Of a stretch of 64,000 bases of DNA, positions 39,621 through 54,244 are shown one piece after another (within the stretch, counting starts at the first letter, position 1; each line of letters begins with the position of its first letter). Below the pieces are notes generated by a model. That model ran no database searches, was not told the origin of the DNA, and saw nothing but the letters and a program-made list of their open reading frames with translations. Origin of the DNA: the human T2T-CHM13v2.0 reference genome, Homo sapiens; NCBI RefSeq assembly GCF_009914755.1, contig NC_060928.1. One strand, given 5' to 3'. The position numbers were made by a program, and so were the translations under genes.

Positions 39621-40067
39621 TATATGTAAATTTGTATCAGAAATCCAATAACGTTTTTGATAATCTCTTTTGACTCCTTGTAAATATATTAGTTTGAAAT
39701 ACTGTTCAAAACTTTGTTGAAATTTAGTTCAATATGCTCCACTTTAAAGGGCATAAGTTCTTCACAAAATTGTCTTAAACAATACACTAAATGGAACAGT
39801 CTTCCAATGCTTCATGTTACCAAGAGTTGATAAAAAGTAGCTGAGAGTATGATATTTAAATAGTTCCTTTCTCTACCAAGTTTCACTAGAAAATTAAGCC
39901 ATAATGTCCTAAAGTATCCATTATATTTGAACTAACTTTTGTTCTGTTCCCCTTGATTGGACTATTTATGTACTATTCTTGGATAAATTGAAGAAATCTG
40001 ACATCATTTTCTGTCTCTGTTGTTCAGATGACCAACCTTGTCATCTACTGATACATACTTATATGTG

Positions 40068-40259
40068 GATAAAATAAGTATTTCCTACTAGGAGTAAATA
40101 AGTATTTCTTACTAGGAGTAAAATAAGTATTTCTTACTAGGAGTTATAATCCATACTTTAGCTTTCAATGTACTGGTTTGTATCTACTGGTCTGTATGTA
40201 ATTATCTTGAAAGCTAACGTATGGATTATAACTCCTAGTAACAAAATACTTATTTTATC
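40068..40259. repeat. Inverted repeat whose left arm contains three tandem 24-25-bp units
   Basis: (a)aaataagtatttc(c/t)tactaggagt x3 at 40071-40144; 40207-40259 is the reverse complement of one unit plus 40145-40168. Confidence 0.93.
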
Positions 40260-40927
40260 TAAATTAATTCAGCAGCCTCTTAAAGGGGTAGGAAGCTACT
40301 ACACTGTATTATAATGATTTAAATTCTCAAGTGAATTTCTATTTATCATCTTGCCAAATTAAAAGCTTTTTTTTTTCATTTGCTCTGTTAGACATACAAA
40401 TATCTGCTCATGATCTGAACTCTAGAGGAAGTATCTTACTCCTTAATACTTTTGCACATTCTGCTCCATGAAGCCTGACTACTCAGAGTCCATCGTGATT
40501 GTCCTCAGATGTTTCTAGGCTAGTTGTATTTTATTGTAATTACATATTTAATTTAATGCCACATAAATCCATGGAATATAAGTACAATAAGATGGGGACA
40601 TTTGTTTTTATTATACTGAAATAGAGTGCATTGGAAGATTACATTGTGGCAAATAACTGCTGTTGAACAAGTGTGGGTGAAATACCTATAAAACTTTGGG
40701 AAAATAATCATAAGCTGCAATAAAGAATTTTTACAATAAGATTGTTTTGCAAGTGCCTATAAGTTTTGTTTCTGTTTTCACAAAGCAAAGTAGGAATTCA
40801 GACATATTATCTTCTGAGGTATGGAAGATCTCTGCCACTCAGGGAAAAGCTGCAAGGAAATCTATGCCTTTTTCTGCCTACACATAAATGAATATACGGA
40901 GTCCTGTTGTTTTTCTAGTGCTTTACA

Positions 40928-41482
40928 CGTGAAATGAGCCTTGATTCTCCCTAAGCTTCTGCATATTTAAAACTTGTCATATACTTATCTTTTTTTATGA
41001 GAGCATTTAAAACATACTGTACATTGTCACCTATCAAGGTCCCTATCAAGGGGTTCAGTCAATAAATAAGGAAATAGGCTCCTTCTTCCTGCATCACTGG
41101 TTTCATTATCATTTACATTTTCTGCCTTATAATTTTTATTCTATAATTTTTATAAAATGCCTAATCTATTTAGTTTAGACTTTGCTATTTATAAATATAT
41201 TAAAACTACAAATTTTCTTTTGAGGATCACCTTAGATGCAACCAAGATATTATACTGTGCAAAATTTTAGTTTTTTTAATTGGTTTTAGTTTATATTTGT
41301 TCTTGGGCCAGGAAGAAGGAGCCTATTTCCTTATTTATTGACTGAACGCCTTGATAGGGATCTTAATAGGTGACAATGTACAGTACATTTTAAATGCTCT
41401 CATAAAAAAGATAAGTATATGACAAGTTTTAAATATGCAGAAGCTTAGGGAGAATCAAACCTCATTTCACATGTTCTTGGGC
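40928..41482. repeat. 163-bp inverted duplication with 11-bp flanking direct repeat
   Basis: 41309-41471 is the reverse complement of 40928-41091 (about 9 differences); tgttcttgggc at 41298-41308 and 41472-41482. Confidence 0.95.
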
Positions 41483-41864
41483 ACAAGCATTTTCTAAGTG
41501 ACAGCTTAAATACTCCAATGGAAAGAATTTTAATAATAATAATTGTGAGTCCTAGAGTTGTGGCACTGTAATCAGAACATGGTTTATTGTATATTGTTGC
41601 TTTATATAACCCATTTAAGTTTTCATTGTTACTTATAGGTTCAATTATCATGTATGTCCTATGGACTGTTGAAAAGAAGGTATACATTCTAAGGCTGTAA
41701 TATTTATTAAGATAGACCTTATTAATTAGACTATTTGTTGTTCATTTAAGTCTATCATAATTGAAAAGGTAAATAAAAGACACTTCATTTTTTCATCTAT
41801 TATCTATTTTCTTTTGGTAATTACTGCTTAACAAATTTGGGAATATGTTATTGCAATCATGGAC

Positions 41865-44800
41865 TTTTTTTAAATTTTTAAATTTTTAATTTTTGTGAGA
41901 ACACAGTACTATATATTTATGGGGTACACAAGAGTTTTGGTAGAGGCATGCAATGCACAATAATCACATCAGGAATAATGGGGTATCCATTCCCCTTAAG
42001 CATGTATCCTTTGCATTACAAAAAAACACAATTATACTGTTTCAGCTATTTTAAATGTGCAGTTAAATTACCATTGACTATAGTCTCCTTGTTGTGCTAT
42101 CAAGTAGTAGGTCTTATTCATTCTAAATATTTTTTGGTACCCATTAATCATCCCTCCACCCCCAACTATTCTTCCCAGCCTCTGGTAACCATCCTTCTAC
42201 TATCATCATGAGTTAAATTGTTTTCATTTTTAGATCCTACAACAAGTGAGAACAAGTGATCTTTGTCTTTCTTGCCAGGCTTATTTCACTTAACATAATG
42301 ATCTCCAATTCTATCCATGTTTTGCAATTGACAAGATCTCGTTCTTTTTTATGGCTGAATAGTACTCTATTGTGTATACATAACACATTTTCTTTATCCA
42401 TTCATCTGTTGATGAACACATAGGTTGTTTCCAAATCTTAGCTATTATGAACAGTGCTGCAACTAACACAGGAGTTCAGATATGTCTTCAATATACTGAT
42501 TTCCTTTCTTTTGTGTATATGCCCAGCAGTGGGATTGCTGGATCACATAGTAGCTCTACTGTTAGTTTTTTGAGGAATCTCCAAACTGTTCTCCATAGTG
42601 GTTGTACTAATTTACATCCCCACCAACAATGTATAAAGGTAAACCTTTCCTCCACATCTTCTCCAGAATTTAAATGTTATTGCCTGTCCTTTGCATATAA
42701 GCCATTTTAACTGAAGTGACTCGATATCCCATTATAGTTTTGATTTGCATTTCTCTGATAATCAATGATGTTGAAAACATCTTTTCATATGCCTGTCATT
42801 TGTATGTCTTCTTTTCAGAAATGTCTACTGAAATGTTTGCCCATTTTTAAATAGGATTATTAGATTATTTCCCATAGAGGTGTCTGAGCTCCTTAAATAT
42901 TCTGGTTATTAATCCCTTCTCAGATGGGCAGGTTGCAAATATTTTCTTCAATTCTTTGGGTTGTCTCTTCACTTCATTGATTGTTTCCTTTGCTGTGCAG
43001 AAGTTTTTAACTAAATGTGATCCCATTTGTCTATTTTTGCATTGGTTGCCTGTTCTTGCAAGGTATTATTCAAGAAATCTTTGCCCAGACCAATGTCCTG
43101 GAGATTTTCCTAAATGTTTTCTTGTAACAGTTTGATAGTTTGAGGTCTTAAATTTATGTCTTTAGTCTATTTTTATTTGATTTTTATGTATGGTGAGAGA
43201 TTCTGCATATGGATATCCAGTTTCCTCAGCACCGTTTATTAAAGAGACTGTCTTCCCCAGTGTATGTTCTTGGCACTTTTGTCAAAAATGAGCTCACTCA
43301 AGGTGTGTGGGTTTGTTACTGGGTTCTCTACTGTGTTCCATTGGTCTACATGTCTGTTTTTATGCCAGGATCATGCTGTTTTGGTTCCTATAACTCTGTA
43401 GTATAATTTGAAGTCAGGTAATGTGATCCCTCCAGTTTTGTTATTTTTGCTTCAGATAGCTTTGATTTTCTGGATCTCTTCTGGTTCCATATAAATTTTA
43501 GGATCGTTTTCTCAAATTCTGTGAAGGATGTCATTGGGATATTGATAGGGATTGCATTGTATCTGTAGTTTATTTTGGATAATATAAGCATTTTAACAAT
43601 ATTAACTCCGATCAATAAACATGAAATATCTTTCTATTTTTTGGTGTCTTCAATTTCTTTCATCATTATTTTATAGTTTTTATTATAGAGATCCTTCATT
43701 TCTTCCGTTAATTCCTGAGTATTTAATTTTATGTGTGGCTATGTAAATGAGATTACCTTTTAAATTTCTTTTTCAGATTGTTAACTGTTGGCATATAGAA
43801 ATGCTACTTATTTGTGTATGTTGATTTTGTATGTTGCAACTTTACTGAATTTGTTTAGCAGTTGTAACTGTTGTTTTTGTGGAGTCTTTAGGTTTTTCCA
43901 AATATAAAATCTTATCATCTGCAAACACAGATAATTTGATTTCTTCCTTTCCAATTTCGATGTCCTTTATTTCTCCTGTCTGATTGCTCTAGCTAGGATT
44001 TCTAGTACTACGTTAAATAACAGTGGTAAAAGTGGGCATCCTTGTGGTGTACCAGATTTTAGAGGAAAGAATGTCAGTTTTTCCCCAGTCAGTATGATAC
44101 TAGCTGTGGGTCTCTCATGTATGGCTTTCATGATGTTGAGGTAGGTTTCTTCTATACTCAATTTTTGAGGGTTTTTTCTATCTTGAGTGGATGCTGAACT
44201 TTATCAAATGCTTTTTCAGCATCAATTGAAATAACAATTTTTGCCCTTCATTCTGTTGATGTGATGCATTACATTGATTGATTTGCATATGGTAAACCAT
44301 CCTTGCATCCCAGGGATAAATCCTATTTGTCATGAAGTATAATATTTTCATGTATTGTTGAATTCAATTTGTTAGTATTTGTTGAGGATTTTTGCATCAA
44401 TATTCATCAGAGATACTGCCCTGTAGTTCTCTTTTTTTTGATGTGTCTTTATCTGGTTTTGGTATCAGGTAATACTGGGCTTGTATACTGAGTTTGGAAA
44501 TAGTCTCTCCTCTATTTTTCGGAGTATTTAGAGTAGAATTGGTATTAATTCTTTTAAAAATATTTGGTAGGATTCAGCACTAAAACAATCAGTTCCCAGG
44601 CTTTTCTAACTGAGAGACTTTTTATTACAACTTTGATCTCACTGCTTGTTATTGGTCTGTTCAGGCCTTAGATTTTTTTCCTGGTGCAATCTTGGTAGGT
44701 TGTATGTATCTAGGAATGTGTCCATTTCTTCTATATTTTCCAATTTATTGGCAAACAGTTGCTCATAGTAGTCACTAATGATCATTTGAATTTCTTCAGT

Positions 44801-46958
44801 ATCACTTGTAATGTCTCCTTTTTCATCTCTGATTTTATTTATTTGCATCTACTCTCTTTTTTCCTTAGTCTGGCTAAAGATTTGTCTATTTTGTTTAACT
44901 TTACAAAAAAATCAACATTTTATTTTATGGATCTTTTCATTGTTTTCTTCATTTCAATTTCATTTACTTCTGCCTTGACCCATTATTTATTTTCTTCTAT
45001 TAATTTTGGATTTGGTTTGCTCTTGCTTTTCTAATTCTTTAAGATGTATTATTAGGTTTTTATTTGAAGTTTGTCTACTTTTTTGATGTAGGTTTTTATA
45101 GCTATAAACTTTCCTCTTCATACTGCTTTTGCTATATCTCATAGGTTTTGGTATTTTTGAATTTTCATTATCATTTGCTTCAAGATATTTTTCAATTTCC
45201 TTCTTAATTTCTTCCTTGACCTACTTGTCAGTGAAGAGCATATTGCTTAATTTCCATGTGTTTTTAGAGTTTCCCAAACTCCTTTTGTTACTCAATTCTA
45301 ATTTTATTCCATTGTGGTCAGAGAAGATGCTTGATATTTTTTCAACCTTTTTGATTGTTTTAAGACTTGTTTTGTAACAGAATATATGATTTATCCTTGA
45401 GAATGATTCATGTGCTGAGGAAAATAATGTGTATGCTACAACTGTTGGATGAAATCTTCTCTAAATATCTATCAGATCCATTTGGTCTATAGTGCAGATT
45501 AAGTCCAATGTTTCTTTGTTTATTTTCTGTCTCAAAGATTTGTTGAATGCTGAAAGTGGGGTGTTAAAGTGTCCAGCTATTATTGTACTGAAGTGTATCT
45601 CTCTTTTTAGCTCTAATAATATTTGCTTTATGTATCTGGGTGCTCCAGCATGGGTGCATATATATTTACAATTGTTATAGAAGAGATCATCTTGTAGAAT
45701 TGACCCCTTACATAGTGATCTTCTTTGTTTCTTCTTGTAGTTTTGGTTTTGAAATATATTTTGTCTAAATATAGCTACTCCTGCGTGTTTTTGGTTTCCA
45801 TTGGCATGGACTATCTTTTTACATCCCTGTATTTTTGGTGTATTCAGTCTAAGTGTGTCTTTATAAGTGAAGTGTGTTGAGCTGTTACCTAAGGGCAAGT
45901 CTATGTCCACTTTACTTTTCCTTCTGCTTTTCTCAAGTGTAAGTAGACTTGCCTCATAAACACCACAGCTGGGAATGTGCTGAGCCTCACCTGAAGCTAT
46001 CATGTCTTAAAGGTTCACCCAAAGCCTTTGACATAATACCTGTGTACCACTGCTGGTTATTCAAGGCCTGAGGGCTGTTCAGTTAGCGGGTGATAAATGC
46101 TGCTAGGGCTGGGTCCTTTCCTTCAAGGCAGTGGGTTCCCTTCTGGTGTAAGGTGTGTCTAGTAGTGTTTTTCTGGGAGCAAGGGTCTGAAAAGGAGGCC
46201 TCAGGACACTGACCAGTTTCCCATCTTGCTGTGGCTGAGCTGGTATCCAAGATGCAAGACAAAGTCCTCCCCACTCTTCCCTCTTCTCTCCTCAAGCAGA
46301 AGGAAGGGGTGTCTTTTGGAGCTGTGAATTGTGTAGCCTGGGGTCAGGGGAGGGGTGATGTCAGCACTCCCTTACCCACCCCAGCTGGTGTCTCAGTAGG
46401 TTGTATGACCCCTGTCCACTAGCTCTGGGCCCAGGTCAGCATTAGGCATTTCCTTGATGTTGCAGTCCTTGTGGCCTAGACTGCCTTTCAAATTTATTTA
46501 GAGCCCCAGAGCACTTAGCCCATGGTGGTGAGGCTTGCAAGAACTCAAGTTTGAATCACCTGGATAGACAATTCCCCTCTGGCTAGGGTCAGTTTAAATG
46601 TTCCCTCCGTGGGAGGCACCAGGTGAGTTTGATCCAGTTTTCCTCTCTGCTATAACAGGACAGCACTGAGTTCAATGCCTCACAATTGCTGCATTCTCCG
46701 TCCTCCCGCATGCTGAAATACTCTGCGCACCATGCCAGTACCGCTGGGGAGTGGGGAATGGGTGGTGTCAAGGATTCAAGACTATTTTTTCTACCTCTGC
46801 AGTGCCTCTTTTAGGGAAATGAAGTTAAAACCAGGTACTGCGAGTGCTCACCTGATTTTTAGTTCTTATGAAGGTGCTTTTGTGTGTGGAGGTAGTTGTT
46901 AAATTGGTGTCTCTGTGTGGGGGACAAACAGTAGAGCCTTCTATCCCATCATCTTGTT
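41865..46958 (-). mobile_element. L1MA1-3-type LINE-1 with 3' UTR, ORF2 and 5' UTR; ORF1 deleted
   Basis: T-rich tail, tatatatttatggggtac...aggcatgcaatg 3' end; ORF2 peptides ([29 protein letters not shown]); abrupt jump into 5' UTR near 45879. Confidence 0.92.
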
Positions 46959-48074
46959 TTAACTTTTTAAACTGTAATATTTTTGTTGAGAATTGCACTA
47001 TTTAGCATTGGAAAGTTTCCTTCTTCCTAGATTTGATCATTTTTTTCTGGAATCCAATTGATCTGAGTTTAAGATTACAACCTCTGCCTTCTCTTTGCTT
47101 GTATGGTTTCACTGGCATAATTTGTTCACCTCTTTCTATTCAAGTTTTTCTGAATAACTTTCTTGATTTTTTTGTTTCATATACAGTATGGAATTGGTCT
47201 TGAGAAAAGATTTAAATTCTTTTTCTCAGAAATTAATCCACTTAAAGTATTTGTGTAACAAATATATCAGTACGTTTTCCATGTCATTATTTATTGCATG
47301 CTTTCTGTTTTTAAATGTTTTAAAAATCTCCAGTCAGTGACCTGTTAATTGTGTGTGTGTGTTTATATGTGTGTTCTAGAGTGGGTTGGCGTAGAGGTTA
47401 TAGTCTTAAATAGAAATTTTGAATTATTCTTCAGTGCAGTGCACTTTCTCAGTAGATTATTGCATTTTATTAACTTTTTCTGCCTATTTTCCTAAAATTC
47501 TAACTGAACTTCACTCACGTACAAGTTCATCCTCATATATTATGTTTCAGTTTTACATGTTATTTTTATTTTATTTACATATCCAAAGATGGCTTTGTTT
47601 CTAATTTTTATTCTTCGGGTTTGCACTGATTTCCCTTGACAGAAAAAAATACCCATGAGACTTGAATGACTCAATTCTCAGTTTGCCACCCATTCCTGTT
47701 ACAGCATCAGCTTTAACATGTCTCTTATATCCTTGCTGCAATGCAAATTTCCTTTTACACCTTTATGAATTTCCAGCTACTGGAATGTCAGTCTTAATAA
47801 TACTAATCATATAGATGTATGCATCTTTCACGTATGTTCTTTATCATCTGAAGTTTCCATGTAACCTTTTAAAAATAAAAGTGATCAGAATGTACTTTGA
47901 TAGTTGTATAATATTTTATAACCCTTCTGTCTTTCTTCCTCATTGTGATAAACATCTCTTTTGTATAAGCAAATCCATCTTAACAGTTTTTTATCAAACT
48001 ATTGATGCTTGTATTGATGCATGCATTAATGCTTTTTCAGCCACTTTTTATCTTTTATATGCTGTTATTTTTGA

Positions 48075-48500
48075 GTGACAGCAATTCGCACTTATTAAGT
48101 TCTGCTACATATAACAGAAAATTAAAAAATTACTGCAGTTTAAAAAAAAAAACCAGATGTTGATTTTCTCTCATTTAAAAATAGTTCAGTGATATGATCC
48201 AGGGATGGCAGCATCATGGTGTCATCGAATGCTCTAGGTCCTCCTAACTTCCTGTCCCATCATCCTCAGTGTTTAGTGTTCAGTGTTTAGTCCCAGCTGT
48301 AGGCTATAGTAAGGAAGACTGATGAAGAGGAGCTCCTACTTGTTTATTTTAGCTCCTTTTGAGCCCTCTTAATCAGACTATACCTAGTCGTTACATTTAT
48401 CTATTGATTGCCAAAAATAGTAACATTGCCACATCCATATCTAGGGTTCATGGAGAAACTGGAAAATATAGGTTTTTAACATTATTACTTTTTAAAAAGT
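48075..48500. mobile_element. Ancient MLT1-like LTR fragment
   Basis: ttctgctacatataacagaaaa...ttttctctcat...cttcctgtcccatcatcctcagtgt. Confidence 0.45.
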
Positions 48501-49716
48501 TTCCAAGGAGCCTGGCTAAAATCTAGGTATTTATTAATGTGATTATTAGTATATAACTTGTATTCTCATTATATTAGTGATAAATGCATGAAGTATTTTC
48601 ATTATTAATTATTTTAATTTGGCAAATAAATTGTAAAAGAGAAAGAGAGAAGGGATGAGATAGAAAAATTAAGATATTCCAAAAAGTATAAACAAAGGAG
48701 ACAGTCTAATGCACATGTAGAATTTACAAGTGTACTGATTTTCCATTTTGGATAACAGTGAGAGGCGTGCCTAGAAAGATGTTTTGGATTTCAGTTAAAG
48801 AAATCTACTAATGTAAAAATACCAAAACAATAACTTGATAGCATACTAAATAGCCCTCAGCTTATCTTCAAAATATTATGCTTATTTATGCAGTAGGCAT
48901 GCCTAAGATTGTTCTTTTATTTTCCCATTTTCCTAATAGTATCACTGTTTTTAATTTAGTTGAATTGTGTTGTATGAAATACATGATTTAATGTTACAAA
49001 GAAATACTATTCATTGTCTATTCAGAATAGATAACATTTTATCTTTTCCAGCCAATGAGATCAAATAGGACCTAAGGATTTTGCAAAAGCTAAAAAAGAA
49101 CAATAGCGAAGTTGCCTGCTGGCTCAAAACACTATTTTCTATTGCATTATTAACCTTGTTGACCTAAAAAATGTGTTGCATAAGTTTTGGCTAAGAATTT
49201 GAAGTTATATTTTTCACACACAAACAGAAATTTTGAGCCCATTTAATAAAACGGTAAGTTACTAAATCCTAACACAGCAACTTATTGTCTTTAAATTTAC
49301 GTAGGAAAACATTTGCACCTTTTTCTTTATGTTATCGTGTTATTTTGAAACCCAATTTTTGACATATTTCCAAATTAAACACAAATGACTACTATAGAGT
49401 AATTGACATGTACTGATATCAGCCAGTTTTGTGTATTAATAATTCAGAATAATTGATTTTTATTTAATGCCATATAGCCTTTTTAAACCCACATCTGAAA
49501 TGACTATATAACTTATTTGTATTCCCATTCAAAGATAGCTAAAACAGCATTAAAATAAGAGTCTGGAAAGAATAAGAGTTCACAGTGCATAATTTCATAA
49601 TAGAAGGAATTAATTTAGTTTTAAATACACTGATTTTATATTTCATATTTTAATCCGTGTAATTGATTGATTTTATATTTTAATCCGTGTAAATTTTATT
49701 GAACTAGATATCTTCA

Positions 49717-50163
<447 letters not shown>

Positions 50164-50489
50164 TTAAGAGTGACTAAAAAAAAAGAAAAGAAATAGAAAA
50201 TAAACTTGTTTATGGTGATGGTTCTGATCATTCTATCAGAAAATCTCCCCTCGGGATATTAGAAATAAATATTAGTTTTACTGAAATAAAATGTAGAATA
50301 GTATTCCTGTTGAGAAATATATTACTACAATGTTTATCTCCTTTTTTATAGACCATTTTATACTTTTACAAATTATATTTACATATTTATTTATAATTGA
50401 ATGTGCATATTTGTACATGATGTTTCAACTGTAATATTAAAACACCATTACATGATTCGATTATACTTAAAAATAAATCAGAATTAGAG

Positions 50490-53400
50490 GCACTTCCAGA
50501 ACAGTAGTATGAGGAGCCTTGTACAGTCTGTCCGCGCTGAAATAACAACTAGTGAAAATGACAAGAAAACTAACTCTTCCTGGAAATAGGTCAGTGGACA
50601 TACAGCAAATTGGGAAATATTTATTCAAAAAAATCTGCTCTGTCCTAGTAAGAAGAGTGAGGTCTATGGTATTTGAGTTGCAACTTGGTTCCTTCCCTTT
50701 CTCTCCTCAGCTCAGGCTGATGGAAGCTATAACACTCTAAGCAGGTGTGGCCGGACTACAAGGCTCTCTCACCCATCAGCTCCCAGTTTAAGGCAATGAT
50801 TTTTTCTCCAGAAGGGGCCATCTTTCAGCATTTCTCATCCTTCCCACCTGTCTTGCATCAGCTCCAGGCAAGTATGGCTAAAAGGTCTGGCCTCTCTTTC
50901 TCCACCCAGGCCGCCATTCCCAAGGCAGAAACTCTAACCCTGGGCAAGCTGAGAATATTGGGCCATGATTGCTTCCACTCCAACTTGCTCACAGTTCAGT
51001 AGTTCCATGTTTAGCGAGGCAAACCTAGAAGCTATCACTTCCACACAGCTCCCTACTTACATAGCTGGAGTCTCATTTCAAAATAAGTGGTCAGCTGTCC
51101 TTGCCTCAGGTACCCAGAAATAACTTCTCTAGGGATCATTCCAGCAGGTGAAACAGACCATAAGACCAGAGAGCTCCATGGATCTCTCTAAGGTGACTGG
51201 TTTCGTTTAGAACAGAGATTGCGGAAGTTCAAATCTAAGGAAAATGTCTAAAACAATGGATATTTTTGTGGTGAGCAATTAAGAAGGGGCTAATGGCTTC
51301 AATGTAGGAAAAAGCAAAAGTGTAGAGCAGCTAAAAGTTAACAAAGAAAAACAGGGAAACAGAGATAAAAATACTCCTGGGATTGGGAAAACTCTGAAAT
51401 ATTGATTTCAAAGACAACCCTCTCAAAGGAGTCTAACTTTAATTACATCATACTGTGGAGCAATTTATGCCCAAGGGAAATGTCAAAACAATGGAGTAAT
51501 CAGCCAGCAGTTAGTGAAGGTTAGCAGCTGGGTGTAATTCTGATGCAGGTAGACCAGCTAGAAACAAAAAGGAGTACAGAGAATGAAAGAGTCAAAATGA
51601 CCTTAATTAAACCCATCATCCATCCCTTGGTGAGGAGGATCAAGGTTACTGTGCATATGCTCAGAGCTGCGCACTCTTGGGGTGACATTAGAGGGTGCAC
51701 AACGTAGGGAAAATAAATTTCACAGAACTAGCCCAGCTGAGTCACTAAGCAAATAAATAAGCAAGCACACAGCAGCAACTCTAAGTTGGGGTGGGAGATT
51801 TATAACAAGTTGCTACAATATATTACTTAAAATATCAAATTTTAACACAATTTAGGAGATATGAAAATTTTGGAAAGGATGACAGCTCCCCCACAGAAGC
51901 ATACACACCCACCCACAACAAAACAAAATGAACAAATACACAAATGACTCTGTCCTTGAAAGGGCTCAAAGGTTGGATTTAACAGACACATTTCTCAAAG
52001 CAGCTATTATAAGTATGTTCAAAGAACTAAAAGAAATAATTAAGAATTAAAGGTAGGTATGATGATGAGCTCAAAAGTAAAAATAATATTAATAAACAGA
52101 ATTTATACAAAATCAATAAAAATTTTGGACACGAAACATATAATTAGTAAAATTTTTTAAAAATCATGAGAGGGCCTCAGTAAAACACTTGAGCAAAAAA
52201 ATAAGATCAGGAAATTTGAAGATAAGAAGATAGATTATGTAATATGAAGTAGGGAGAGAAAACAGAATGAAGAAAAATGAACACAGGCACAAAGAAATAT
52301 GGGATACCTTTAAGCACACCAACACACATACAATGGGAGTACCAAAAGACAGGAGAAAAAATAACAGATAAAAATATTTTTAAAGTGGGTTAAATACTTC
52401 TCAAATTTGATGAAAAATATTAATTTAACACATCTAAGAAACTCAATAAAGCACAAGTATAATAAATAGAAAAAGAAAAGAATTAAAGCCCAGACAAATC
52501 AGGAAAAGCATGTTGAAAAATAAAGAGAAAATCATGAAAGCAACCAGAGAAAAATGATCCATAAAGTACAAGGAAGTTCAATAAGATAAATAGCTGACTT
52601 CTCATGAGAAATAATAGAGGTCAGAAAGCAGAGAGATGACATATTCAAAGTTCTGAGAGAAAAAAAAGTAGTCAAAGAAGAAACTTAGATTCAGCAAAAT
52701 TCTTTCAAAAATGAAGTAAAAAATGGAGACATCACCCAAAATGCACAAACTAAAAAAAAATATTGCTATCACACCACCTTACAAAAAATAAGAAAGAAAG
52801 GTCTTCTTGATGATATCAGGGGTTACCAGAGGATAATTCAAATACGCACACAAAAATGAGTACTAGAAAAGTACTTATTTAAGACACTGCAATAGACAGC
52901 ATAATTAGATATTTCTCCCTTTTTCTATTATGTAATTTAAAAAGCATTTGAATAAAGCTATGTATATAATTGCATTGTTAGGCCTATAACATGTGGCAGT
53001 GTAACATATTTGACAGTAATAGCATAAAGAAAGCAAGAATGAAAGGGAGGATGCTACTATCAACCTTGCTGAAAAAAAAGAGAATTACAAAAAATATGAA
53101 AAGATGTATGACAGCATTATTAATCTAGACAAAATGAATAAATTCTTAGATATAAACTACTGAAACTGATGCAAAAAGAAATAGAAAATCAGAATAGACT
53201 TATAACAAGTAGCTAAGTAAATGAAGCCACAAGAATCCAAATGTAATGTATAAAATTGGCAAATTTATAGAGACAAAAAGTAGATTAGTGATTACCTAAC
53301 ATGATGGGGATGAGGAGGTGGTCAATGGAGAATGACAATTTAATGTGTGAAAGTCTTCTTTTTAGGATGAAGAAATATTCTAAAAATTAGACTGTGGTAA

Positions 53401-53500
53401 CAGTTGCACGGCTCTATGTATATACCTCAAATAATTGGTTTTTATACTTCAAGTAGCTAAATTGTGTGATACATGAATTGTTTCTCAATAAATGTATTTA
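50490..53500 (+). mobile_element. Old L1M (L1MC-like): 5' region, ORF1 remnant, ORF2 and 3' fragments
   Basis: aaagcagctattataagtatgttcaaagaactaaaaga; gctgacttctcatgagaaa; aaatttatagagacaaaaagtagattagtg. Confidence 0.8.
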
Positions 53501-54244
53501 AAAGATTAGCACATTGATTTTTAGTATCTTTTAATTTTTAGTAACTTTTAATAATAAGTTTATACTCTTTGTACATTTCAGACAAATAATATAATTTCCA
53601 TTCTTCTTAATAGGGGAGAAAAGGTTAAAAAAAGGATCTCAAAGAAAAGTGAAAACTTCATACAAATGCAGAAACTATTACTTTTCTAAATAATTTCTTA
53701 AAGTAGCTAATTTTTCTAGTACTTTTGGTACCACAATATCACATGTTTTAAATAAATTCAAGGTTGAATTTTCTTTTAAAAAGTCTAGGGAATAAAAGCA
53801 AAAGACTTTCACTTAGTCTTTCAGAAATATTTTTATTTTTACTTTGTTGTTTGCTTCACATTCTCTGAATATTGATGTTGCATTTGTTTTGATTAAAAAC
53901 AAACCAGATTTTTTGTATGAGAAAAATATATCTCAATTTGTTTATGCAGTATTAGGTAGGAATTTTGTGTTTTGCTTTAAAAAATCAATTCAAACTTCTA
54001 CAATATAATAGACATGAAAGAGAATTTTCTTGAATCTGCATCTATATATGATCTGGCTAATGTCTCATTTCCCGTTAAGCTTATTTTAACCAACTGGAAT
54101 TATTTCATTAGATAGTATCAATATTACAAAAATCTAAAGTTTCAACACATGCAAGTAAAGAAAATTCAGATATGTTAAAGTATTGCTAACATCTAACAAA
54201 ATAATTTCAATTTGTTGAAATAGGCTGAATCCTTGGGATTCCAT

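Noticed and set aside
40071-40144. CRISPR-like direct repeats
   Set aside because: No spacers, and the context is eukaryotic; a simple tandem triplication.
49630-49692. Duplicated tgattttatatt/ttttaatccgtgtaa
   Set aside because: Ordinary short tandem duplication.
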